A DNA stretch of 64,000 nt from Escherichia coli (GTDB taxonomy: Bacteria; Pseudomonadota; Gammaproteobacteria; Enterobacterales; Enterobacteriaceae): assembly GCF_003019035.1 (NCBI RefSeq), contig NZ_CP027447.1; one strand, given 5' to 3'. This document shows positions 37,994-49,223 of this stretch, in pieces. The position numbers were made by a program, and so were the translations under genes. Under the pieces are notes generated by a model. The model did not search any database, was not told the origin of the DNA, and saw only the letters and a list, made by a program, of their open reading frames with translations. Positions within the stretch are counted from its first letter, which is position 1; each line of letters opens with the position of its first letter.

Positions 37994-40072
37994 ATGTCAT
38001 ATACACCGATGAGTGATCTCGGACAACAAGGGTTGTTCGACATCACTCGGACACTATTGCAGCAGCCCGATCTGGCCTCGCTGTGTGAGGCTCTTTCGCA
38101 ACTGGTAAAGCGTTCTGCGCTCGCCGACAACGCGGCTATTGTGTTGTGGCAAGCGCAGACTCAACGTGCGTCTTATTACGCGTCGCGTGAAAAAGACACC
38201 CCCATTAAATATGAAGACGAAACTGTTCTGGCACACGGTCCGGTACGCAGCATTTTGTCGCGCCCTGATACGCTGCATTGCAGTTACGAAGAATTTTGTG
38301 AAACCTGGCCGCAGCTGGCCGCAGGTGGACTATACCCCAAATTTGGTCACTATTGCCTGATGCCACTGGCGGCGGAAGGGCATATTTTTGGTGGCTGTGA
38401 ATTTATTCGTTATGACGATCGCCCCTGGAGCGAAAAAGAGTTCAATCGTCTGCAAACATTTACGCAGATCGTTTCGGTCGTCACCGAACAAATCCAGAGC
38501 CGCGTCGTTAACAATGTCGACTATGAGTTGTTATGCCGGGAGCGCGATAACTTCCGCATCCTGGTTGCCATTACCAACGCGGTGCTTTCCCGCCTGGATA
38601 TGGACGAACTGGTCAGCGAAGTCGCCAAAGAAATCCATTACTACTTCGACATTGACGATATCAGCATCGTCTTACGCAGCCACCGTAAAAACAAACTCAA
38701 CATCTACTCCACTCACTATCTTGATAAACAGCATCCCGCCCACGAACAGAGCGAAGTCGATGAAGCCGGAACCCTCACCGAACGCGTCTTCAAAAGTAAA
38801 GAGATGCTGTTGATTAATCTCCACGAGCGGGACGATTTAGCCCCCTATGAACGCATGTTGTTCGACACCTGGGGCAACCAGATTCAAACCTTGTGCCTGT
38901 TACCGCTGATGTCTGGCGACACCATGCTGGGCGTGCTGAAACTGGCGCAATGCGAAGAGAAAGTATTTACCACTACCAATCTGAGCTTACTGCGCCAGAT
39001 TGCCGAACGTGTGGCAATCGCTGTCGATAACGCCCTCGCCTATCAGGAAATTCATCGTCTGAAAGAACGGCTGGTTGATGAAAACCTCGCCCTGACCGAG
39101 CAGCTCAACAATGTTGATAGTGAATTTGGCGAGATTATTGGCCGCAGCGAAGCCATGTACAGCGTACTTAAACAAGTTGAAATGGTGGCGCAAAGTGACA
39201 GTACCGTTCTGATCCTCGGTGAAACTGGTACAGGTAAAGAGCTGATTGCCCGCGCGATCCATAATCTCAGTGGGCGTAATAATCGCCGCATGGTCAAAAT
39301 GAACTGCGCGGCGATGCCTGCCGGATTGCTGGAGAGCGATCTATTTGGTCATGAGCGTGGGGCTTTTACCGGTGCCAGCGCTCAGCGCATTGGTCGTTTT
39401 GAACTGGCGGATAAAAGCTCACTATTCCTCGATGAAGTGGGCGATATGCCGCTGGAGTTACAGCCGAAGTTGCTGCGTGTATTACAGGAACAGGAGTTTG
39501 AACGTCTTGGCAGCAACAAAATCATTCAGACGGACGTACGTTTAATTGCCGCGACTAACCGCGATCTGAAAAAAATGGTCGCAGACCGAGAGTTCCGTAG
39601 CGATCTCTATTACCGCCTGAACGTATTCCCGATCCACCTGCCGCCACTACGCGAGCGTCCGGAAGATATTCCGCTGCTGGCGAAAGCCTTTACCTTCAAA
39701 ATTGCCCGTCGTCTGGGGCGCAATATCGACAGCATTCCTGCCGAGACGCTGCGCATCCTGAGCAACATGGAATGGCCGGGCAACGTGCGTGAGCTGGAAA
39801 ACGTCATCGAGCGCGCGGTATTGCTGACACGTGGCAACGTGCTGCAGCTGTCATTGCCTGATATTGCTTTACCAGAACCTGAAACGCCGCCTGCCGCAAC
39901 GGTTGTCGCTCAGGAGGGCGAAGATGAATATCAGTTGATTGTTCGCGTGCTGAAAGAAACTAACGGCGTGGTTGCCGGACCTAAAGGCGCTGCGCAACGT
40001 CTGGGGCTGAAACGCACGACCCTGCTGTCACGGATGAAGCGACTGGGAATTGATAAATCGGCATTGATTTAA
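37994..40072 (+). CDS. fhlA: formate hydrogenlyase transcriptional activator (sigma-54 enhancer-binding protein)
   Basis: Recognised sequence starting MSYTPMSD; AAA+ GETGTGKE motif; ORF track extends 12 codons upstream. Confidence 0.9.
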   Translation: MSYTPMSDLGQQGLFDITRTLLQQPDLASLCEALSQLVKRSALADNAAIVLWQAQTQRASYYASREKDTPIKYEDETVLAHGPVRSILSRPDTLHCSYEEFCETWPQLAAGGLYPKFGHYCLMPLAAEGHIFGGCEFIRYDDRPWSEKEFNRLQTFTQIVSVVTEQIQSRVVNNVDYELLCRERDNFRILVAITNAVLSRLDMDELVSEVAKEIHYYFDIDDISIVLRSHRKNKLNIYSTHYLDKQHPAHEQSEVDEAGTLTERVFKSKEMLLINLHERDDLAPYERMLFDTWGNQIQTLCLLPLMSGDTMLGVLKLAQCEEKVFTTTNLSLLRQIAERVAIAVDNALAYQEIHRLKERLVDENLALTEQLNNVDSEFGEIIGRSEAMYSVLKQVEMVAQSDSTVLILGETGTGKELIARAIHNLSGRNNRRMVKMNCAAMPAGLLESDLFGHERGAFTGASAQRIGRFELADKSSLFLDEVGDMPLELQPKLLRVLQEQEFERLGSNKIIQTDVRLIAATNRDLKKMVADREFRSDLYYRLNVFPIHLPPLRERPEDIPLLAKAFTFKIARRLGRNIDSIPAETLRILSNMEWPGNVRELENVIERAVLLTRGNVLQLSLPDIALPEPETPPAATVVAQEGEDEYQLIVRVLKETNGVVAGPKGAAQRLGLKRTTLLSRMKRLGIDKSALI

Positions 40073-40116
40073 CAGATGTGGTTATACTCGATCAACATTC
40101 AATGAAAGGAGGCAGT

Positions 40117-40545
40117 ATGGCAGTTTCAGCAAGAAATCAATTAACCGGAACAGTTAGCGCAGTAGCAATGGGCGCTGTGAATGACGAAGTAGAACTGACG
40201 CTGGCAGGTGGTGCAAAGCTGGTGGCAATTGTGACTCACAGCAGCCAGCAAGCGCTGGGTCTGGCGAAAGGGAAAGAAGCGATTGCCCTGATTAAAGCCC
40301 CGTGGGTAACGCTGGCAACGGAAGACTGTGGACTGAAATTCTCTGCTCGCAACCAGTTTGCTGGCAGCGTGTCGACAATCACCGAAGGCGCAGTGAACGC
40401 CACTGTCCATATCAAAACGGATGCGGGTTTTGAAATTGTGGCAGTGGTAACAAATGAAAGTCAGGATGAAATGAAACTCACCACTGGCTCGCGCGTTATT
40501 GCATTGATCAAAGCATCAGCCATCCTGATTGCCACCAAAGCGTAA
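40117..40545 (+). CDS. tandem Mop/TOBE-domain molybdate-binding-type protein, 142 aa
   Basis: Two internal repeats each starting SARNQ; strong SD AAGGAGG before ATG 40117. Confidence 0.75.
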   Translation: MAVSARNQLTGTVSAVAMGAVNDEVELTLAGGAKLVAIVTHSSQQALGLAKGKEAIALIKAPWVTLATEDCGLKFSARNQFAGSVSTITEGAVNATVHIKTDAGFEIVAVVTNESQDEMKLTTGSRVIALIKASAILIATKA

Positions 40546-40556
40546 GCGCCTTATTT

Positions 40557-40593
40557 GCCGGAGAGTATGGCTCTCCGGCAGATTTATTTCTTT
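40557..40593 (+). terminator. terminator hairpin GCCGGAGAG-TATGG-CTCTCCGGC followed by T-rich tract; overlaps ygbA 3' end
   Basis: Perfect 9-bp stem and T-tract. Confidence 0.6.
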
Positions 40594-40928
40594 GGACGAT
40601 ATTTTTCTGGCAACTCCGGCACCGGACGCTTGTCATCGATGAGATGACGCACGGTTAAGATCGGATGACGCCACAGCATTCTCGGCCCGGCCCAACGCAT
40701 AATCTGTTTCATCTCTTCACGCTTTGCAGGCTGGTAACAGTGCACCGGACACTGCTTACAGGCTGGTTTCTCTTCGCCGAACACACATTTATCCAGCCGC
40801 TTTTGCGCGTAGGCAAACAGCGCGTCGTAATGCTCCGGCTCCGCTGACGCCTGCGGGCATTTCGCTTGATAAAGATCGATCATTTTTTTAATCGTCAGTT
40901 TTTCACGAGAGATACGCTTGCCGGACAT
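40584..40928 (-). CDS. ygbA: conserved protein YgbA
   Basis: Recognised sequence; position between fhlA and mutS. Confidence 0.85.
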   Translation of the reverse strand: MSGKRISREKLTIKKMIDLYQAKCPQASAEPEHYDALFAYAQKRLDKCVFGEEKPACKQCPVHCYQPAKREEMKQIMRWAGPRMLWRHPILTVRHLIDDKRPVPELPEKYRPKK

Positions 40929-41214
40929 GCTGCCTCCATACTCTTAAGGTGTATTTATATTACAACTTAATTTGAAAGGGGACTATGGCTCTGAAGGAGG
41001 AGGTTTATTCAACCGACGCAATTTTGCGTACTTGCTTCATAAGCATCACGCAAAAGCTGCAAAACAGCATCTTTCCCGGAATCACCATCAAGAACTCGCC
41101 GTTCGCTTCTTCCCCTGAAATGATTAACTCCGGTATCATGTGCGCCTTATGTGATTACAACGAAAATAAAAACCATCACACCCCATTTAATATCAGGGAA
41201 CCGGACATAACCCC

Positions 41215-43776
41215 ATGAGTGCAATAGAAAATTTTGATGCCCATACGCCCATGATGCAGCAGTATCTCAAGCTGAAAGCCCAGCATCCCGAGATCCTGCT
41301 GTTCTATCGGATGGGTGACTTTTACGAACTGTTTTATGACGACGCGAAACGCGCCTCGCAGCTGCTGGATATTTCACTGACCAAACGCGGTGCTTCCGCG
41401 GGAGAGCCGATCCCGATGGCGGGGATCCCCTACCATGCGGTGGAAAACTATCTCGCCAAACTGGTGAATCAGGGCGAGTCCGTTGCCATCTGCGAACAAA
41501 TTGGCGATCCGGCGACCAGCAAAGGTCCGGTTGAGCGCAAAGTTGTGCGTATCGTTACGCCGGGCACCATCAGCGATGAAGCGCTGTTGCAGGAGCGTCA
41601 GGATAACCTGCTGGCAGCTATCTGGCAGGACAGCAAAGGGTTCGGCTACGCGACGCTGGATATCAGTTCCGGGCGTTTTCGCCTGAGCGAACCGGCTGAC
41701 CGGGAAACGATGGCGGCAGAACTGCAACGCACTAATCCGGCGGAACTGCTGTATGCAGAAGATTTTGCTGAAATGTCGTTAATTGAAGGTCGTCGCGGTC
41801 TGCGCCGTCGTCCGCTGTGGGAGTTTGAAATCGACACCGCGCGCCAGCAGTTGAATCTGCAATTTGGCACCCGCGATCTGGTCGGTTTTGGCGTCGAGAA
41901 CGCGCCGCGCGGACTTTGTGCTGCCGGTTGTCTGTTGCAGTATGCGAAAGATACCCAACGTACGACTCTGCCGCATATTCGTTCCATCACCATGGAACGT
42001 GAGCAGGACAGCATCATTATGGATGCCGCGACGCGTCGTAATCTGGAAATCACCCAGAACCTGGCGGGCGGTGCGGAAAACACGCTGGCTTCAGTGCTCG
42101 ACTGCACCGTCACGCCGATGGGCAGCCGTATGCTGAAACGCTGGCTGCATATGCCAGTGCGCGATACCCGCGTGTTGCTTGAGCGCCAGCAAACTATTGG
42201 CGCATTGCAGGATTTCACCGCCGAGCTGCAGCCGGTACTGCGTCAGGTCGGCGACCTGGAACGTATTCTGGCGCGTCTGGCTTTACGAACTGCTCGCCCA
42301 CGCGATCTGGCCCGTATGCGTCACGCTTTCCAGCAACTGCCGGAGCTGCGTGCGCTATTAGAAAATGTCGATAGCGCTCCGGTACAGGCGTTGCGTGAAA
42401 AAATGGGCGAGTTTGCCGAGCTGCGCGATCTGCTGGAGCGAGCAATCATCGACACACCGCCAGTGCTGGTACGCGACGGTGGTGTTATCGCACCGGGCTA
42501 TAACGAAGAGCTGGATGAGTGGCGCGCGCTGGCTGACGGCGCGACCGATTATCTGGAGCGTCTGGAAGTCCGCGAGCGTGAACGTACTGGCCTGGACACG
42601 CTGAAAGTCGGCTTTAACGCGGTTCATGGTTATTACATTCAGATCAGCCGTGGACAAAGCCATCTGGCACCCATCAATTACATGCGTCGCCAGACGCTGA
42701 AAAACGCCGAGCGCTACATTATTCCAGAGCTAAAAGAGTACGAAGATAAAGTTCTCACCTCAAAAGGCAAAGCACTGGCACTGGAAAAACAGCTTTATGA
42801 AGAGCTGTTCGACCTGCTGTTGCCGCATCTGGAAGCGTTGCAACAGAGCGCAAGCGCACTGGCAGAACTTGATGTGCTGGTTAACCTGGCGGAGCGGGCC
42901 TATACCCTGAACTACACCTGCCCGACCTTTATTGATAAACCGGGTATTCGCATCACCGAAGGCCGCCATCCGGTGGTTGAACAGGTACTGAACGAGCCAT
43001 TTATCGCCAACCCGCTGAACCTGTCGCCGCAGCGCCGCATGTTGATCATCACCGGTCCGAACATGGGCGGTAAAAGTACCTATATGCGCCAGACCGCGTT
43101 GATTGCGCTGATGGCCTATATCGGCAGCTACGTACCGGCGCAAAAAGTCGAGATTGGGCCGATCGACCGTATCTTCACGCGCGTAGGAGCAGCGGACGAT
43201 CTGGCATCCGGGCGTTCAACCTTTATGGTGGAAATGACCGAAACCGCCAATATTTTACATAACGCCACCGAGTACAGTCTGGTGCTGATGGATGAGATTG
43301 GGCGCGGAACCTCCACTTACGATGGTCTGTCGCTGGCGTGGGCGTGCGCGGAAAATCTGGCGAATAAGATTAAAGCGTTGACGTTGTTTGCCACCCACTA
43401 TTTCGAGCTAACCCAGTTACCGGAGAAAATGGAAGGCGTCGCCAACGTGCATCTTGATGCACTGGAGCACGGCGACACCATTGCCTTTATGCACAGCGTG
43501 CAGGATGGCGCGGCGAGCAAAAGCTACGGCCTGGCGGTTGCTGCTCTGGCGGGCGTGCCAAAAGAGGTTATTAAGCGCGCACGGCAAAAACTGCGTGAGC
43601 TGGAAAGCATTTCGCCGAACGCCGCCGCTACGCAAGTGGATGGTACGCAAATGTCTTTGCTGTCAGTGCCAGAAGAAACGTCGCCTGCGGTCGAGGCACT
43701 GGAAAACCTGGACCCGGATTCACTCACCCCGCGTCAGGCGCTGGAATGGATTTATCGCTTGAAGAGTCTGGTGTAA
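41215..43776 (+). CDS. mutS: DNA mismatch repair protein MutS
   Basis: Recognised sequence; Walker [10 protein letters not shown]. Confidence 0.95.
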   Translation: MSAIENFDAHTPMMQQYLKLKAQHPEILLFYRMGDFYELFYDDAKRASQLLDISLTKRGASAGEPIPMAGIPYHAVENYLAKLVNQGESVAICEQIGDPATSKGPVERKVVRIVTPGTISDEALLQERQDNLLAAIWQDSKGFGYATLDISSGRFRLSEPADRETMAAELQRTNPAELLYAEDFAEMSLIEGRRGLRRRPLWEFEIDTARQQLNLQFGTRDLVGFGVENAPRGLCAAGCLLQYAKDTQRTTLPHIRSITMEREQDSIIMDAATRRNLEITQNLAGGAENTLASVLDCTVTPMGSRMLKRWLHMPVRDTRVLLERQQTIGALQDFTAELQPVLRQVGDLERILARLALRTARPRDLARMRHAFQQLPELRALLENVDSAPVQALREKMGEFAELRDLLERAIIDTPPVLVRDGGVIAPGYNEELDEWRALADGATDYLERLEVRERERTGLDTLKVGFNAVHGYYIQISRGQSHLAPINYMRRQTLKNAERYIIPELKEYEDKVLTSKGKALALEKQLYEELFDLLLPHLEALQQSASALAELDVLVNLAERAYTLNYTCPTFIDKPGIRITEGRHPVVEQVLNEPFIANPLNLSPQRRMLIITGPNMGGKSTYMRQTALIALMAYIGSYVPAQKVEIGPIDRIFTRVGAADDLASGRSTFMVEMTETANILHNATEYSLVLMDEIGRGTSTYDGLSLAWACAENLANKIKALTLFATHYFELTQLPEKMEGVANVHLDALEHGDTIAFMHSVQDGAASKSYGLAVAALAGVPKEVIKRARQKLRELESISPNAAATQVDGTQMSLLSVPEETSPAVEALENLDPDSLTPRQALEWIYRLKSLV

Positions 43777-43782
43777 TAACAA

Positions 43783-43815
43783 TTCCCGATAGTCTTTTGC
43801 TATCGGGAATATTAA
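43783..43815 (+). terminator. hairpin TTCCCGATAG-TCTTTTG-CTATCGGGAA after mutS
   Basis: 10-bp stem seen; weak T-tract. Confidence 0.45.
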
Positions 43816-43881
43816 CGACAACTGACGAATCAAATAAAAATACCCTGTATAATAGGAAAGCTTATTTTACAGGGTAAAACC

Positions 43882-44538
43882 ATGCCATCTACACGCTATC
43901 AAAAAATCAATGCCCATCACTATCGCCATATATGGGCCGTTGGTGATATTCATGGTGACTATCAATTATTACAATCCCGCTTACATCAACTCTCTTTTTG
44001 CCCTGAAACCGACTTACTTATTTCTGTCGGCGATAATATTGATCGTGGGCCGGAGAGTCTTAACGTACTACGCCTGTTAAACCAGCCCTGGTTTACATCG
44101 GTTAAAGGCAACCATGAAGCGATGGCGCTTGATGCATTCGAAACTGGCGATGGAAATATGTGGCTTGCCAGCGGTGGTGACTGGTTTTTCGATTTAAATG
44201 ATTCAGAGCAACAAGAGGCAATAAATCTGTTGCTGAAATTTCATCGCCTTCCACATATTATTGAAATCACTAACGACATAATAAAATATGTCATCGCACA
44301 TGCAGATTATCCGGAGAATGAATATCTCTTTGGCAAAGAAATAGCGGAGAGCGAATTACTCTGGCCTGTTGATCGTGTGCAGAAATCACTTAATAGCGAA
44401 TTACAAAAAATAAACGGTGCCGACTTCTTTATATTTGGTCATATGATGTTTGATAACACTCAGACGTTCGCTAACCAGATTTATATTGATACCGGATCGC
44501 CGAAAAGCGGGCGGCTGTCATTTTATAAAATAAAGTAG
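43882..44538 (+). CDS. pphB: serine/threonine protein phosphatase 2
   Basis: Recognised sequence (GDIHG, GNHE motifs). Confidence 0.9.
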   Translation: MPSTRYQKINAHHYRHIWAVGDIHGDYQLLQSRLHQLSFCPETDLLISVGDNIDRGPESLNVLRLLNQPWFTSVKGNHEAMALDAFETGDGNMWLASGGDWFFDLNDSEQQEAINLLLKFHRLPHIIEITNDIIKYVIAHADYPENEYLFGKEIAESELLWPVDRVQKSLNSELQKINGADFFIFGHMMFDNTQTFANQIYIDTGSPKSGRLSFYKIK

Positions 44539-44539
44539 T

Positions 44540-44566
44540 CTCATGCTTCTTCTGTGAAGCATGAGT
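44540..44566. terminator. hairpin CTCATGCTTC-TTCTGTG-GAAGCATGAG between convergent pphB and ygbI
   Basis: 10-bp stem; T-rich on the - strand side. Confidence 0.45.
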
Positions 44567-44588
44567 AACCCGGTGTTATTGCAGGCCA

Positions 44589-45356
44589 TTATTCATTTTT
44601 CGCTACCAGCAAAGAGAGATCCTGCTTCGCCAGCGCGCGACTGGCACTCTCCGGCAAACCGTCGTCTGTAATAATCTGATCAAACTCGCTTAATGGTAAC
44701 GCCAGCCATGTCGCCACCTGACCATATTTCGTCGCATCACAGACCAAAACTCGCTGGCGGCTGGCACTGGCAATCGCCCGTTTCACCGTGACTTTATCTT
44801 CCGCTGGCGTAGAAATCCCCCGCACACTCCATGACGATGCAGAAATAAAAGCCTGATCAATCATCAGGCTGCGCAGCATGGTCGCAGCGGCTTCCCCGAC
44901 ACAGGAACGGTTTTCCCGACACACTGCACCGCCAGTGTGAATAATTGTGCAATTACTGTTGTCGAGCAAGTAGTCCGCAATAACGAAATCGTTTGTGACC
45001 ACAGTCAGTGACTCCATGTGAATCAGATGCTGTGCTATCGCTAGCGTGGTCGTTCCCGCATCCAGATAGATACAACTTCCCGGCTGAACAAGACTTGCCG
45101 CCAGCTTGCCAATAGCCGCTTTTTGCGTCATTGCCAGCGCAGTTTTTACCTGATGAGAAGGTTCATGCGCCACGCGTCCCGGAGACTGGACGCCTCCGGA
45201 CACCAGCACAACGGCTCCCTGCTGCTCCAGTTTTTGTAAATCCCGACGAATGGTCATATGTGACACATTCATTCTGTCCGTTAGTTCAGCAATACTGACA
45301 ATGCCTTTTTCAGCTACCATCTCAAGGATGATTTGGCGACGCTCTACGGGTATCAA
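44589..45356 (-). CDS. ygbI: DeoR-family transcriptional regulator; TTG start with SD AAGGAG
   Basis: Recognised sequence; ORF track extends 10 codons upstream to an ATG without SD. Confidence 0.85.
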   Translation of the reverse strand: MIPVERRQIILEMVAEKGIVSIAELTDRMNVSHMTIRRDLQKLEQQGAVVLVSGGVQSPGRVAHEPSHQVKTALAMTQKAAIGKLAASLVQPGSCIYLDAGTTTLAIAQHLIHMESLTVVTNDFVIADYLLDNSNCTIIHTGGAVCRENRSCVGEAAATMLRSLMIDQAFISASSWSVRGISTPAEDKVTVKRAIASASRQRVLVCDATKYGQVATWLALPLSEFDQIITDDGLPESASRALAKQDLSLLVAKNE

Positions 45357-45551
45357 CTTTTGCTCCTTCCTTTGTCCTGCTGACATTCTACGCTATTTGC
45401 CTGCGAAACGTGCGCGGCGCAACTAACGCTTAGTTCACATAAAATAACACACAATGTTAATTTTTGTGAATCAGCTCACCATATCGTTATCTTCCAGCGC
45501 TTATATTCACAATATCAAACAAAATATCACTTAAATTAACAAGGAGAACAG

Positions 45552-46460
45552 ATGAAAACGGGATCTGAGTTTCATGTCGGTATCGTTGGCTTAGGGTCAA
45601 TGGGAATGGGAGCAGCACTGTCATGTGTCCGCGCAGGTCTTTCTACCTGGGGCGCAGACCTGAACAGCAATGCCTGCGCTACGTTGAAAGAGGCAGGTGC
45701 TTGCGGGGTTTCTGATAACGCCGCGACGTTTGCCGAAAAACTGGACGCTCTGCTGGTGCTGGTGGTCAATGCGGCCCAGGTTAAACAGGTGCTGTTTGGT
45801 GAAACAGGCGTTACACAACATCTGAAACCCGGTACGGCAGTAATGGTTTCTTCCACTATCGCTAGTGCTGATGCGCAAGAAATTGCTACCGCTCTGGCTG
45901 GATTCGATCTGGAAATGCTGGATGCGCCAGTTTCTGGTGGTGCAGTAAAAGCCGCTAACGGTGAAATGACTGTCATGGCCTCCGGTAGCGATATTGCCTT
46001 TGAACGACTGGCACCCGTGCTGGAAGCCGTTGCCGGAAAAGTTTATCGCATAGGTGCAGAACCGGGACCAGGTTCGACCGTAAAAATTATTCACCAGTTG
46101 TTAGCGGGCGTACATATTGCTGCCGGAGCCGAAGCGATGGCACTTGCAGCCCGTGCGGGGATCCCGCTGGATGTGATGTATGACGTCGTGACCAATGCCG
46201 CCGGAAATTCCTGGATGTTCGAAAACCGGATGCGTCATGTGGTGGATGGCGATTACACCCCGCATTCAGCCGTCGATATTTTTGTTAAGGATCTTGGTCT
46301 GGTTGCCGATACAGCCAAAGCCCTGCACTTCCCGCTGCCATTGGCCTCAACAGCATTGAATATGTTCACCAGCGCCAGTAACGCGGGTTACGGGAAAGAA
46401 GACGATAGCGCAGTTATCAAGATTTTCTCTGGCATCACTCTACCGGGAGCGAAATCATGA
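45552..46460 (+). CDS. ygbJ: L-threonate dehydrogenase (3-hydroxyisobutyrate dehydrogenase family)
   Basis: Recognised sequence; NAD-binding GLGSMG. Confidence 0.9.
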   Translation: MKTGSEFHVGIVGLGSMGMGAALSCVRAGLSTWGADLNSNACATLKEAGACGVSDNAATFAEKLDALLVLVVNAAQVKQVLFGETGVTQHLKPGTAVMVSSTIASADAQEIATALAGFDLEMLDAPVSGGAVKAANGEMTVMASGSDIAFERLAPVLEAVAGKVYRIGAEPGPGSTVKIIHQLLAGVHIAAGAEAMALAARAGIPLDVMYDVVTNAAGNSWMFENRMRHVVDGDYTPHSAVDIFVKDLGLVADTAKALHFPLPLASTALNMFTSASNAGYGKEDDSAVIKIFSGITLPGAKS

Positions 46461-47719
46461 TCAAGATTGGCGTTATCGCCGATGATTTTACCGGCGCGAC
46501 GGATATCGCCAGTTTTCTGGTGGAAAACGGTCTACCAACGGTACAAATTAACGGTGTTCCAACAGGTAAAATGCCGGAAGCAATCGACGCACTGGTGATC
46601 AGCCTGAAAACGCGTTCCTGTCCGGTGGTTGAAGCCACACAGCAATCGCTGGCGGCTCTGAGCTGGTTGCAACAGCAAGGTTGCAAACAGATCTATTTCA
46701 AATACTGCTCTACTTTCGACAGTACGGCGAAAGGTAATATCGGCCCGGTTACCGATGCATTAATGGATGCTCTCGACACGCCGTTTACGGTCTTCTCTCC
46801 GGCCCTGCCGGTCAACGGACGTACGGTTTATCAGGGGTATTTGTTCGTAATGAATCAACTGCTGGCCGAATCCGGGATGCGCCATCACCCGGTAAATCCC
46901 ATGACCGACAGCTATCTTCCTCGTCTGGTTGAAGCGCAATCCACAGGGCGCTGCGGCGTCGTTTCGGCACATGTTTTCGAACAAGGTGTGGATGCCGTTC
47001 GTCAAGAGCTGGCTCGCTTACAGCAAGAGGGCTACCGCTACGCGGTGCTTGATGCGCTGACCGAATACCATCTGGAAATTCAGGGAGAAGCCTTGCGCGA
47101 TGCCCCACTGGTAACGGGCGGTTCTGGTCTGGCGATTGGCCTTGCCCGGCAGTGGGCGCAAGAAAACGGTAACCAGGCTCGCAAAGCAGGGCATCCGCTC
47201 GCTGGGCGCGGCGTAGTGCTCTCCGGTTCATGCTCTCAAATGACCAACCGCCAGGTAGCACATTACCGTCAAATTGCACCAGCCCGTGAAGTTGATGTGG
47301 CACGCTGCCTCTCAATTGAAACTCTGGCCGCTTATGCACACGAACTGGCAGAGTGGGTTCTGGGCCAGGAAAGTGTACTTGCTCCACTGGTTTTTGCCAC
47401 CGCAAGCACTGACGCATTGGCAGCAATTCAACAGCAATACGGTGCACAAAAAGCCAGTCAGGCAGTAGAAACACTGTTTTCTCAACTAGCGGCGCGGTTA
47501 GCAGCGGAAGGCGTGACACGCTTTATTGTCGCAGGCGGTGAGACCTCCGGCGTAGTCACACAGAGCCTGGGAATAAAAGGGTTTCATATTGGCCCAACCA
47601 TTTCCCCTGGCGTGCCGTGGGTAAACGCACTGGATAAGCCTGTCTCACTCGCCCTTAAATCTGGCAACTTCGGTGATGAAGCCTTTTTTTCACGAGCCCA
47701 AAGAGAGTTTTTATCATGA
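46457..47719 (+). CDS. ygbK: 3-oxo-tetronate kinase
   Basis: Sequence and operon order. Confidence 0.85.
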   Translation: MIKIGVIADDFTGATDIASFLVENGLPTVQINGVPTGKMPEAIDALVISLKTRSCPVVEATQQSLAALSWLQQQGCKQIYFKYCSTFDSTAKGNIGPVTDALMDALDTPFTVFSPALPVNGRTVYQGYLFVMNQLLAESGMRHHPVNPMTDSYLPRLVEAQSTGRCGVVSAHVFEQGVDAVRQELARLQQEGYRYAVLDALTEYHLEIQGEALRDAPLVTGGSGLAIGLARQWAQENGNQARKAGHPLAGRGVVLSGSCSQMTNRQVAHYRQIAPAREVDVARCLSIETLAAYAHELAEWVLGQESVLAPLVFATASTDALAAIQQQYGAQKASQAVETLFSQLAARLAAEGVTRFIVAGGETSGVVTQSLGIKGFHIGPTISPGVPWVNALDKPVSLALKSGNFGDEAFFSRAQREFLS

Positions 47720-48354
47720 GCGATTTCGCAAAAGTAGAGCAGTCTTTGCGAGAGGAGATGACGCGGATTGCCAGTTCATTCTTTCAGCGCGGCTATGCAA
47801 CCGGTTCGGCTGGCAATCTGTCGCTGCTTTTACCTGACGGGAATTTACTGGCGACACCGACAGGTTCATGCCTGGGCAATCTCGATCCGCAGCGGCTTTC
47901 CAAAGTCGCCGCGGATGGCGAATGGTTAAGTGGTGACAAACCCTCGAAAGAGGTGCTCTTTCATCTGGCGCTGTATCGCAACAATCCGCGCTGTAAAGCG
48001 GTGGTGCATTTGCACAGCACATGGTCGACGGCGCTTTCCTGCCTGCAAGGGCTGGACAGCAGCAACGTTATTCGTCCGTTCACACCATACGTGGTGATGC
48101 GGATGGGAAATATCCCGCTGGTGCCTTATTACCGACCGGGCGATAAACGCATCGCACAGGATCTGGCGGAACTGGCAGCAGACAATCAGGCTTTTTTACT
48201 GGCAAATCATGGCCCAGTGGTTTGCGGTGAAAGCCTGCAAGAAGCCGCCAACAATATGGAAGAGCTGGAGGAAACGGCAAAGCTGATTTTTATTCTCGGT
48301 GACCGCCCGATCCGTTATCTGACCGCAGGTGAAATTGCGGAATTAAGGAGTTAA
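47716..48354 (+). CDS. ygbL: class II aldolase family 3-oxo-tetronate 4-phosphate decarboxylase
   Basis: Sequence and operon order. Confidence 0.85.
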   Translation: MSDFAKVEQSLREEMTRIASSFFQRGYATGSAGNLSLLLPDGNLLATPTGSCLGNLDPQRLSKVAADGEWLSGDKPSKEVLFHLALYRNNPRCKAVVHLHSTWSTALSCLQGLDSSNVIRPFTPYVVMRMGNIPLVPYYRPGDKRIAQDLAELAADNQAFLLANHGPVVCGESLQEAANNMEELEETAKLIFILGDRPIRYLTAGEIAELRS

Positions 48355-48358
48355 TGCA

Positions 48359-49135
48359 ATGCCTCGTTTTGCAGCTAATTTATCCATGATGTTCACCGAA
48401 GTGCCTTTTATTGAACGCTTCGCCGCAGCGCGAAAAGCCGGGTTCGATGCTGTGGAATTTCTGTTTCCCTATAACTACTCCACCCTGCAAATCCAAAAGC
48501 AACTGGAGCAAAACCATCTGACACTGGCGCTGTTCAATACCGCTCCCGGAGATATTAATGCGGGGGAATGGGGATTATCCGCCCTTCCCGGACGTGAGCA
48601 CGAAGCACACGCAGACATCGACCTGGCACTGGAATATGCATTGGCGCTCAATTGTGAACAAGTCCATGTGATGGCAGGCGTCGTGCCCGCTGGCGAAGAT
48701 GCTGAACGGTACAGGGCAGTATTTATCGATAATCTCCGCTACGCTGCCGACCGCTTTGCGCCACACGGCAAGCGAATATTAGTTGAAGCACTCAGCCCCG
48801 GCGTTAAGCCTCATTATCTCTTCTCCAGCCAGTATCAGGCACTGGCTATTGTTGAAGAAGTTGCGCGAGATAACGTGTTTATTCAACTAGATACTTTTCA
48901 TGCGCAAAAAGTAGATGGCAACCTGACGCATTTAATCCGCGACTACGCCGGGAAATATGCGCACGTACAAATTGCCGGACTACCTGATCGACATGAACCG
49001 GACGATGGAGAAATCAACTATCCGTGGCTGTTCCGCCTGTTCGATGAGGTGGGATATCAGGGCTGGATCGGTTGTGAATATAAACCTCGTGGCCTCACCG
49101 AAGAAGGGCTTGGCTGGTTTGACGCCTGGCGCTAA
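48359..49135 (+). CDS. ygbM: 2-oxo-tetronate isomerase (hydroxypyruvate isomerase family)
   Basis: Sequence and operon order. Confidence 0.85.
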   Translation: MPRFAANLSMMFTEVPFIERFAAARKAGFDAVEFLFPYNYSTLQIQKQLEQNHLTLALFNTAPGDINAGEWGLSALPGREHEAHADIDLALEYALALNCEQVHVMAGVVPAGEDAERYRAVFIDNLRYAADRFAPHGKRILVEALSPGVKPHYLFSSQYQALAIVEEVARDNVFIQLDTFHAQKVDGNLTHLIRDYAGKYAHVQIAGLPDRHEPDDGEINYPWLFRLFDEVGYQGWIGCEYKPRGLTEEGLGWFDAWR

Positions 49136-49223
49136 TTCGTTAAATCCCTAATTACAACGTACCCATACATCCCCCCATCTACGGATGGGGTAGGTTAACT
49201 ATAACTTTCAGACAGGGTTTCCC

